Part shown: positions 1 through 7,066 of the stretch, piece by piece | Position numbering within the stretch: position 1 is the first letter of the stretch | Layout: each line of letters begins with the position of its first letter | Assembly: GCA_049967475.1 (NCBI GenBank) | Contig: JBMFSQ010000011.1 | Coordinates: 1 to 64,000, forward strand | DNA length: 64,000 bases | Direction of reading: 5' to 3' | Source of the DNA: Chthonomonadales bacterium | GTDB lineage: Bacteria > Armatimonadota > Chthonomonadetes > Chthonomonadales > CAJBBX01 | Notes under the pieces: generated by a model | What the model was told of the DNA's origin: nothing | The model's database searches: none | Seen by the model: only the letters and a program-made list of their open reading frames with translations | Translations under genes and position numbers: made by a program

Positions 1-489
1 CAGTATCGGATTGGCTGGCGCGTACCGAAAACGGAAAACTTTCCGAAATCGGTACCCCCGACTCCCTGCAGGTGTTCAACCTGTGGCTGCCGTGCCGCAC
101 GCAGGAAGAGATTGCGGTGGCGGTGGGATATAGCGATAAGACCGGTGTATCGAAGGCGCTCGATGGGTTGAAAAACGCAATCTTTTGCGAAATTCAACCA
201 CCCGACTCCCTGCAAGTATTCAATCTGTGGAACTTCCAGACGAACGATGAGCGATCCGTAGCAATAATGGGGCCCGTTGCGTGAGACGCGAAGGCGCTAC
301 CCGCAAAGGGGAGCGCGGCCACCCCCGTCTCGCGCACACCCGCACACCCGCATGCAGGAAGAGATTGCCGCGGCGGTCGGAATGCCGCAACAGACAGTAT
401 CGGATTGGCTGGCGCGTACCGAAAACGGAAAACTTTCCGAAATCGGTACGCCCGACTCTCTGCAAGTCTTCAATCTGTGGAACTTCCAG
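1..489 (+). repeat. Array of three HTH-cassette repeats (A 1-86 partial, B ~87-239, C ~348-489) with constant flanks and a variable core
   Basis: Left constant block CCGCA(C/T)GCAGGAAGAGATTGC at 95 and 348; right constant block CCCGACTC(C/T)CTGCA(A/G)GT.TTCAA(C/T)CTGTGG at 57, 201 and 451; positions 1-55 are identical to 395-449. Confidence 0.92.
3..284 (+). CDS. 3' end of an ORF (open from the window edge) with two in-frame HTH cassettes; probably a fragment or silent cassette
   Basis: The frame is open from position 3: VSDWLARTENGKLSEIGTPDSLQVFNLW-LPCRTQEEIAVAVGYSDKTGVSKAL...PDSLQVFNLWNFQTNDER. TQEEIAxAVG...VS is a typical HTH signature. Confidence 0.55.
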   Translation, partial: VSDWLARTENGKLSEIGTPDSLQVFNLWLPCRTQEEIAVAVGYSDKTGVSKALDGLKNAIFCEIQPPDSLQVFNLWNFQTNDERSVAIMGPVA

Positions 490-513
490 TTGACACACCC
501 TGCCTCGATCTGA
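352..513 (+). CDS. Stand-alone HTH cassette (53 aa), possibly silent
   Basis: MQEEIAAAVGMPQQTVSDWLARTENGKLSEIGTPDSLQVFNLWNFQ; no clear RBS. Confidence 0.45.
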   Translation: MQEEIAAAVGMPQQTVSDWLARTENGKLSEIGTPDSLQVFNLWNFQLTHPASI

Positions 514-519
514 TATAAT
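490..519 (+). promoter_or_regulatory. Consensus sigma70 promoter for the zinc-finger/integrase operon
   Basis: TTGACA (490-495), 18-bp spacer, TG (511-512) plus TATAAT (514-519), in an AT-rich patch. Confidence 0.8.
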
Positions 520-570
520 ATTATGATAATCACAGCCTGTCAGCGTGCACCGCACAGGCAGGAGGCGCCC

Positions 571-786
571 ATGAACAGCCCAAGGTATTGCGCCGAATGC
601 GGGGTACTGATCGAGCACCCCACATCGCCGAGAGTGAAGTACTGCAGCCGTCTCTGTTCGAACCGTCACTTCCGCAAGGTTCGAGGCAAGGAGTACTACG
701 CCGCCCGAATGCGGGAGTACTACGCCCGGAAGCGAGCCGAGAGGCAGGCACAGGCAGGCAGGGAGGCCGCCCACAATGACCAGTGA
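571..786 (+). CDS. Small basic zinc-finger protein (CxxC...YCSxxC), candidate recombination directionality factor or regulator
   Basis: RBS CAGGAGG before ATG 571; CAECG...KYCSRLCSNR; overlaps the integrase start. Confidence 0.7.
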   Translation: MNSPRYCAECGVLIEHPTSPRVKYCSRLCSNRHFRKVRGKEYYAARMREYYARKRAERQAQAGREAAHNDQ

Positions 787-2380
787 CGGACGCTGCATCA
801 TCTACTGCCGCGTGTCAACCGAGGCACAAACCGAAGGCACATCGTTGGAAACCCAGGAAGCCGCCTGCCGGGCCAAAGCCGCACAGCTAGGCCTGCAGGT
901 TGCGGCTGTCTACCGCGACGAAGGGGTATCCGGTTCCCTGCTTGCGGCCCGGGAAGGGCTGCAACAGGCACTGGCCGCCATCGAAGCGGGCCAAGCATCC
1001 GTTCTCATTACCGCCAAGCTTGACCGGGCAAGCCGAGACCTGGCCGCCCTGTTGCAGATCAGGCGAAGGCTCAAGAAGGCCAACGCAACCCTAGTCTTTG
1101 CCGATGGGCCGTCCGTCGGTGATGGGCCCGTTGAGAACTTCCTGCTGTCGTCGTTGGGCGCCGTCGCAGCCTTGGAGCGGGACTTGATTCGCGACCGGTG
1201 CATGAGCGGCAAGGTGGCACGGGTAAAGGAAGGAACGCAGGTAGCCCGTACCCTTGCACCCTACGGGTACCGCGTCCCCACCAAGGCCGACGTGTTGGCA
1301 GGCAAGTACCCGCCGGAGGCGGTGGGGAAGTACATCATCCAGGAAGACGAAGCCGCCGTCGTGCGCGATATCTTTCAACGCTACGCCGCAGGGGCAAGCC
1401 TTCGGGCCATCGCCTTGGACCTTAACCGCCGCGGCGTCCCTACACCCCGTGGCGGCCTCGTGTGGCACATAACCACCATCCGAGCCATCCTGCTTAATCC
1501 CGTCCACAAGGGGGAAGCCGCCTTTGGCCGATCGGAGTTTAAAACCGATGAGGACCGGCTCGCCAAGGGGCTCCGCATCCATTACCTGCGGCCCCGCAAG
1601 CCCGGCGAATGGCTCACAATTCCATGCCCCGCAATCGTGGATGCAGCCACCTGGGAAGCCTGTCAGCGTCGGCTGGCGACCAACAACGGCCGCATCGGCG
1701 GCAATCCCAAGAGAGTGTTCCTGTTGAACGGCATCCTGCGCTGCCCCCAGTGCGGCCGCCGACTGTACGGAACAACCATACCGGGCAAGGGCAGGAAGCC
1801 GCCCATCCGAGGCTACGTCTGCCAAAACGTGTCCCATCCCACCAGTACACGCTTTGACGCCGAACAGATAGAAGCCGCCGCACTGCGCCTGGTGGAGGAC
1901 GCCTTGGCGTCGCAGGAAAGCATCGAAGCCGCCATCCAAGCGTACGCCGACCAACAGGCGGAACTGCAGGAGGACGCCGCCCGCATCGCCGAACTGAAGC
2001 AGAAGCTTGCAGCCGTCGCACAGAAGGAAGCCAAGGCCGTTGCCATTCGCCTGGAGCACGACGTGTCCGCCGAGGCTATGGCGGAAGTGATGGCATCACT
2101 CAGGAATGAACGGCGGAAACTGGAGGCCGAACTTGCCGAACTCACCAAGCCCAAGCAGAAGGCGGCCCAGCCGCGGCTGGACCCTGGCGAAGCACAGGCC
2201 GTGATCCTGCGGATGCTCAAGACGGCAGCGGCTACGTTGAAGTCCGATGCCGTGTCCGTCGCCGAGAAGCGCCGCATCCTTACCACGATCCTAGAACGGC
2301 TGGACGTGAAGGATGGAGAACTCACCGCCACGTTCACCGTTCCCTTCGATAAAACCGTTCACAAGGTTGGAACCTCATGA
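776..2380 (+). CDS. Large serine recombinase (integrase)
   Basis: YCRVST catalytic motif, LDRASRD, PYGY recombinase domain, CPQCG zinc ribbon and coiled coil; 534 aa; RBS GGGAGG. Confidence 0.96.
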   Translation: MTSDGRCIIYCRVSTEAQTEGTSLETQEAACRAKAAQLGLQVAAVYRDEGVSGSLLAAREGLQQALAAIEAGQASVLITAKLDRASRDLAALLQIRRRLKKANATLVFADGPSVGDGPVENFLLSSLGAVAALERDLIRDRCMSGKVARVKEGTQVARTLAPYGYRVPTKADVLAGKYPPEAVGKYIIQEDEAAVVRDIFQRYAAGASLRAIALDLNRRGVPTPRGGLVWHITTIRAILLNPVHKGEAAFGRSEFKTDEDRLAKGLRIHYLRPRKPGEWLTIPCPAIVDAATWEACQRRLATNNGRIGGNPKRVFLLNGILRCPQCGRRLYGTTIPGKGRKPPIRGYVCQNVSHPTSTRFDAEQIEAAALRLVEDALASQESIEAAIQAYADQQAELQEDAARIAELKQKLAAVAQKEAKAVAIRLEHDVSAEAMAEVMASLRNERRKLEAELAELTKPKQKAAQPRLDPGEAQAVILRMLKTAAATLKSDAVSVAEKRRILTTILERLDVKDGELTATFTVPFDKTVHKVGTS

Positions 2381-2390
2381 TAATCATAGT
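2340..2390. other. Probable attachment junction (attL/attR)
   Basis: The phosphoesterase reading frame ends abruptly at YYDYHEVPTL*, overlapping the integrase 3' end; the exact crossover is not determinable. Confidence 0.6.
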
Positions 2391-2922
2391 AACTCATCGT
2401 GTTCAGGACCCACTCCGGCGTAGGCCCTAGCGGCCCCTGACCTCCACGGGATTGCGGGCCCTGCCCCGCGCGGACGGCTGCCCCTTCGCCCAACCGCTGC
2501 ATCCGGCGCCTCGGAAGGGTCGAGAACCCCGGTTTGGGATGCACAAGCGCCGGATCCGGCTGCGGAACAGTTCCCCGCCAGTACCTGGCCAGCGCCAAAG
2601 GCCACTCCGCCCACAGAAATCCATCCATCTTGCCGTCGTCGTAGGCGGTGCGGGCAGCCTGCCAACTGTGGTTCAAATCACGCGGTAACGCGGTTTGGTG
2701 CAGGTGGAAGGGTTCGACTTCCGGTGGACCTCCTGGAAGACGCGGCAGCTTCAAACCGGGCGGGATGCCATCCGCCCCGGGGTAGGTGCCAAAATAGTGG
2801 TCGAAGCTGATGTTCTCCTGAATGATGTAGATGAAGTGTCCCAAGGGCATCTTCACTGGCCTAAGCTGCCCAGTCTCCACGGGTCGGGCAGCCAGCAGAG
2901 CAAGAGCATACCAAACAACCAT
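2359..2922 (-). pseudogene. 5' portion of a secreted phosphoesterase / phospholipase C family gene, interrupted
   Basis: Signal peptide, IIQENISFDHYFGTYPGADG, HSW, GKMDGF and MSYYD motifs; only 187 aa, so the C-terminal catalytic region is missing. Confidence 0.85.
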
Positions 2923-3033
2923 GGCCGGCCTCCTGAACGCAATCTTCCCGGTACCTGCTTATTGGACGTTGCCTCCCCCTCCAATGTTCAGTCGCCGCGG
3001 GATCTTTGGGCAAGGCTGGTACAATAAAGCGCC

Positions 3034-4449
3034 ATGACCGAACTGCTTCCAAAAAACGGCCAGCGGGGATTGAGGGTGGCCCGCGTAGATCCGGGAAGTC
3101 CCGCTGATTTGGCGGGCATCCGTCCCGGCGATTGCATCGTCGAGGTCAATGGGCACCGCATCCTGGACGTGTTGGACTTCCGCTTCCACGCGGCCGAGCC
3201 CCGCCTGCAAATCGTTCTGGAGCGGGAGGGGCAGCTATTCTCCCGGCGCATCCTCCTCGGAGAAGCGCCTTCGGTGGGCATCTCCTTCGAAGAGGCGCTG
3301 GCAGACGATATCCACACGTGCCGCAACAAGTGCGTGTTCTGCTTCATCCACCAAATGCCCAAGAGGATGCGGCGATCGCTCTACCTGATGGACGATGATT
3401 TCCGCCTCTCCTTCATGCACGGCAACTACGTAACGCTCACGAATGTAACCGAAGACGAGTTCCGGCGCATCGTGGATCAAAGGCTCTCGCCGCTGTATGT
3501 GTCCGTTCATGCGACGGACCCAGTCTTGAGGGGCAAACTCCTGGGCCGCAAAGAGCCGGCGCCGATCCTGCCCCATCTGAGGCGCCTGGCCGAAGCCCGC
3601 ATAGACACGCACGCGCAGATTGTGCTTTGCCCCGGCGTCAATGACGGCCCCGCCCTGGAACAAACGTTGAGGGAGCTCGCGGCGGAACATCCCACCCAAA
3701 GTGGAAGAAGATCGGGCGTCCTCTCCGTGGCGATTGTGCCCGTGGGGCTCACGCGCTTTCGAGAAAGGCTCCCCAAGCTGGCATCCGCAACGGGCGATTA
3801 TGCCCTAGACCTAGTACGCCTCATGCGCGCCCGGCAGCGAGACTTCATGCACCGCCTGGGGACACGCTTCGCGTGGCTCTCGGACGAATGGTACTTCCTC
3901 GCAAGCAAACCGGTGCCGGGGCGCCGCCATTATGAAGAGTTCCCTCAATTGGAGGACGGCGTCGGAACGGTGCGCCTCTTCCTGGAAGGGGTCCGAAGGC
4001 TGGAACGGAGGCTTCCCCAGAGAGCCCCAACGCCTGTGCGCGCCACCTTGGTCACTGGAGAGCTTGCTGCAGGCGTCCTCCAATCCTTCGCCGAACGCCT
4101 CAACCGCATCGAGGGCGTGTCCCTCAACATTTGCGTGGTGAAGAACCACTTCTTTGGAGGCGGCATCAACGTGGCGGGGCTCCTCACTGCTCAGGACATC
4201 CTGGAACACCTGGTCCGCTTTCCCGTCCGGGATCGCGTCTATCTCCCCAGAGTTTGCCTCAAGGACGACAACCTCTTCCTCGACGACGTGACGCTGGAAG
4301 AAGCGCGAGCCCGAACGGAGCTGGATCTGCGCATCGGCGGCTCTAGTCCTAGGGATTTGGCCGAGGCATTGGCTCTGGTTCCACCCTTAGCGCAGGACCG
4401 CCGCCATGCTCGCCCGTGGCTCATGGAAGCTGCCTGTGAGAATACCTAA
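3034..4449 (+). CDS. PDZ + radical SAM-like Fe-S protein (DUF512 family)
   Basis: N-terminal PDZ, CRNKCVFCFIHQMP, DDDFRLSF, QLEDGVG. Confidence 0.9.
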   Translation: MTELLPKNGQRGLRVARVDPGSPADLAGIRPGDCIVEVNGHRILDVLDFRFHAAEPRLQIVLEREGQLFSRRILLGEAPSVGISFEEALADDIHTCRNKCVFCFIHQMPKRMRRSLYLMDDDFRLSFMHGNYVTLTNVTEDEFRRIVDQRLSPLYVSVHATDPVLRGKLLGRKEPAPILPHLRRLAEARIDTHAQIVLCPGVNDGPALEQTLRELAAEHPTQSGRRSGVLSVAIVPVGLTRFRERLPKLASATGDYALDLVRLMRARQRDFMHRLGTRFAWLSDEWYFLASKPVPGRRHYEEFPQLEDGVGTVRLFLEGVRRLERRLPQRAPTPVRATLVTGELAAGVLQSFAERLNRIEGVSLNICVVKNHFFGGGINVAGLLTAQDILEHLVRFPVRDRVYLPRVCLKDDNLFLDDVTLEEARARTELDLRIGGSSPRDLAEALALVPPLAQDRRHARPWLMEAACENT

Positions 4450-5156
4450 GGGGAATGTCTGCCAGCGGCCAGGGCTTCCACGAATTGGCGAGCAATCCAG
4501 GCAGGGGAAGTGATGGCGGTTCCCACCACTACGGCGAAGGCGCCGGCCTCCAAAGCGGCTCTGGCTTCTTCCGGGCGATGCACCCGCCCTTCGCAGATCA
4601 CCGGGCAATTCACGCGTTGGGCAAGAGCCTCCACGAGGCCGAGGTCCGGGCCAACTTTGCGGTGCGCAGTATCTTCCGTGTAACCGCTCATCGTTGTAGC
4701 CACCAGATCGGCGCCGGCGTCGGCCGCAGCCAAACCCTCGTCCAGGGTAGCACAGTCCGCCATGACGAGGGCTCCCAGATCCCGGTGGATTGCCTCTACG
4801 AGGACCGGGAAGGGCACCGGGCGGGGGCGCCTCGTGGCATCGGCTGCAACAATGGCGGCTCCTGCTTGCACCACTTCGCGGGCATCGTCGAATTCGGGCG
4901 TGATGTACACAGGCCACGGCGGTACTTGGCGCTTCTTGATGCCGATAACCGGCACGGACACGGCTTGGGTAATGGCGGCGATGTTCCGCCCGTGATTGGC
5001 GCGGATCCCCACCGCCCCTGCCGACACGGCGCATTGGGCGAAGGCAGCCAGGATCTCCGGGTGATCCAGTGGCCCGCCCTCTTCGGCTTGGCACGACACG
5101 ATCAGTCCGCCCCGGAGCGCATCGAGCACGGCTTCCTCCACCGCACGGGTGTTCAT
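4446..5156 (-). CDS. nanE: N-acetylmannosamine-6-phosphate 2-epimerase
   Basis: GLIVSCQA, PVIGIKK, YITP, TTMSGYT and VVVGTAIT motifs. Confidence 0.93.
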   Translation of the reverse strand: MNTRAVEEAVLDALRGGLIVSCQAEEGGPLDHPEILAAFAQCAVSAGAVGIRANHGRNIAAITQAVSVPVIGIKKRQVPPWPVYITPEFDDAREVVQAGAAIVAADATRRPRPVPFPVLVEAIHRDLGALVMADCATLDEGLAAADAGADLVATTMSGYTEDTAHRKVGPDLGLVEALAQRVNCPVICEGRVHRPEEARAALEAGAFAVVVGTAITSPAWIARQFVEALAAGRHSP

Positions 5157-6127
5157 TTGCTCTCGGCTCCCGGCCCCAACGAAGCGGCCACCCGCTGAAG
5201 CAGTTGCTCATCCACGGCCACTCCCAACGCTTCCAGGGCGCGAAGCGCCGATGCCACCGATTGGGGAGCCTTCGGCCGCACAACCTGAGATCCGGGGGCC
5301 GTGCGCTTGATGGAGGCAGCCATGGCAGGGCATACCCAGCGCCCGGCCTGGAATACTCCGCCCACACATCCCACCATCACCGGTTGATCTGCCATCCCTA
5401 AGCGGTTGAGGACGAGAGATGCCTGGAGGCCAAGTTCTTTGCCCGCATTCCGAAGGATGCGTCGGGATATGGTGTCGCCGTCTTCCGCACACATGTCCAC
5501 GATGCGGGCAATCTCGGCGACACCTCGGCGGTCGAGGCGATGCGAATATACCAGGTGGTGCACGCCGTGGACGTCTGCCACCCCAAGATGCCTGCAAACG
5601 GCATCCGACAGGCTGGTGGCCGGCCCCCGGCCGTCGGCAGCGCGCGTCATGGCGTTGAGTGCCTGCAGGCCGATCCAATAGCCGCTGCCCTCGTCGCCCA
5701 GCAGGTAACCCCAGCCGCCGCAGGATGCGCATTCGCCCTGAGCGTTTTCTCCGTAGGCCACGGACCCCGTACCTGCTATGACCACAACACCCGGTTTGCC
5801 GAGCGTAACGGAATAAAGGGCGATGCGCGTGTCATGCACAACCGCCATGCGCTCGGCCCGGATCACATTCGCGCAGAGCGCCTCTACCCCAAGAGCCAGA
5901 CCCGTCAGCCCCACGCAGGCGCTTGCGAAGACGCCGCTCCATCCTGCCCGATTGCGAGCCGCCTCTACAGCAGTACGCAGCGATGCCTCCAGCCGCTCCA
6001 TGCCGCCGGGCTCGGTCAGGTGGTTTGCCGGCCCGCCATAGCCGCGGCCGAGCACCACTCCATCGTCGCGCAGAACCACGGCCACCGTAGAGGTCTGACC
6101 GCCGTCCACTCCTAGAACGCATCGCAT
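5153..6127 (-). CDS. BadF/BadG/BcrA/BcrD-type ATPase, N-acetylglucosamine/ManNAc kinase
   Basis: LGVDGGQTST, IAGTGS, GGWGYLLGDEGSG; coupled to nanE. Confidence 0.9.
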   Translation of the reverse strand: MRCVLGVDGGQTSTVAVVLRDDGVVLGRGYGGPANHLTEPGGMERLEASLRTAVEAARNRAGWSGVFASACVGLTGLALGVEALCANVIRAERMAVVHDTRIALYSVTLGKPGVVVIAGTGSVAYGENAQGECASCGGWGYLLGDEGSGYWIGLQALNAMTRAADGRGPATSLSDAVCRHLGVADVHGVHHLVYSHRLDRRGVAEIARIVDMCAEDGDTISRRILRNAGKELGLQASLVLNRLGMADQPVMVGCVGGVFQAGRWVCPAMAASIKRTAPGSQVVRPKAPQSVASALRALEALGVAVDEQLLQRVAASLGPGAESK

Positions 6128-6130
6128 GGT

Positions 6131-6520
6131 TTAACCATCCAGGGGCACCCGGCCTGCGTAGCCGGCATCAATCGGATGCCAGTAGCGGATGTCGTCTTCG
6201 CTCAACTCCCAACATAGGAACACTTCACGGCCGTCCATCAAGTGAGGAAAGTCTACCAGGCCGCGCCCTATATCTTTGACCTCGATGCCGGCGGCCATGA
6301 TCTCCTGAAGGATGGCAGTCAGCTCTTGCGCGCGCGCCTCGAAGCCGGTCTTTTTGGGAGAGCTGCCGTTACCGCGGATGATGCGCTGGGCTGCTTCGAA
6401 TGCGGCCCTAAGTTCGTGGAGTTCAGCATAGAGGCTATGGATGCGCTGGAAGCGGGCACGCAGTTGTGGGAGCCAGGCGCGTGCCTCTTCGAGTGTGAAG
6501 TACTTGCGGAAGGACGGCAT
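6131..6520 (-). CDS. DUF2203 family protein
   Basis: YFTLEEA...GLVDFP...VFLCWELSEDDIRYWH...GYAGR. Confidence 0.85.
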   Translation of the reverse strand: MPSFRKYFTLEEARAWLPQLRARFQRIHSLYAELHELRAAFEAAQRIIRGNGSSPKKTGFEARAQELTAILQEIMAAGIEVKDIGRGLVDFPHLMDGREVFLCWELSEDDIRYWHPIDAGYAGRVPLDG

Positions 6521-6601
6521 CGTGCGCACCTCGGGCAGGAGACATGGGATCATTCATCGCCGGCCTCCAGATATCCTGCCGAGGCTGATCCTTGGGGTGC
6601 G

Positions 6602-6940
6602 TCAACCCGAACCGGCCGGTTCCTCCTCCACGCCGACACCGGCGCCATAGGTGTGAAGGAGCAGCCTATAGCACTTCCGGCACCGCACCGAACGCTCTGC
6701 AGTGCAATCGGCGCGGGTAAGCGGCTCGAGGTCGGGGCCCATAAGGGAGGGCCCGATGCCGTTGGGCGAGGCGTCCTGCAAACCTGCTGCGAGCGAAGCG
6801 GCATCAGGAACGGCTGCCAGCTTGCGGGCCAGGTCCGCCGAAAGTGCGCAGAAGTAGAAGCCGCCGCACGTGGCATGCTTCAGTTCGTCGGGCTTGAGCG
6901 CCCGGAAATGGACGCACCGTTTGATGGCCAAAGGCGCCAT
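6602..6940 (-). CDS. Hypothetical Cys-containing protein
   Basis: 112-aa ORF that fills the gap, co-directional with its neighbours; no family recognised. Confidence 0.5.
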   Translation of the reverse strand: MAPLAIKRCVHFRALKPDELKHATCGGFYFCALSADLARKLAAVPDAASLAAGLQDASPNGIGPSLMGPDLEPLTRADCTAERSVRCRKCYRLLLHTYGAGVGVEEEPAGSG

Positions 6941-7066
6941 ATGCTTCGCTGAGCCGACTTCTCGTTGATGAGCAGTTCCCGCAGCGCAGAGAACTGTTCA
7001 TTCCGTTCTGTTGTAAGAGCGCAGGGCGGAGTTGTGGAGTTCCCGGCACTGCGTCACGAAATGGGG

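Larger units (their letters stand above)
1..2370. mobile_element. Right end of an integrative element or prophage inserted in a phosphoesterase gene
   Basis: The integrase abuts a truncated host gene; the left boundary lies outside the window. Confidence 0.75.

Noticed and set aside
1..489. CRISPR array interpretation of the repeats
   Set aside because: The constant blocks are protein-coding and vary at synonymous sites, the spacing is irregular, the palindrome lies in the variable part, and no cas genes are in the window.
1..489. Diversity-generating retroelement TR/VR pair
   Set aside because: The differences are not adenine-specific (the A runs are the conserved positions), they include a codon indel, and no reverse transcriptase is in the window.
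514..532. Fur box at the integrase promoter
   Set aside because: Only a partial match to GATAATGATAATCATTATC, with no iron-related context.
523..2386. ATGATAATCA pair as target-site duplication bounding a minimal element
   Set aside because: Sequence left of 523 does not continue the phosphoesterase frame, and host-like residues (EVP) extend past the right copy.
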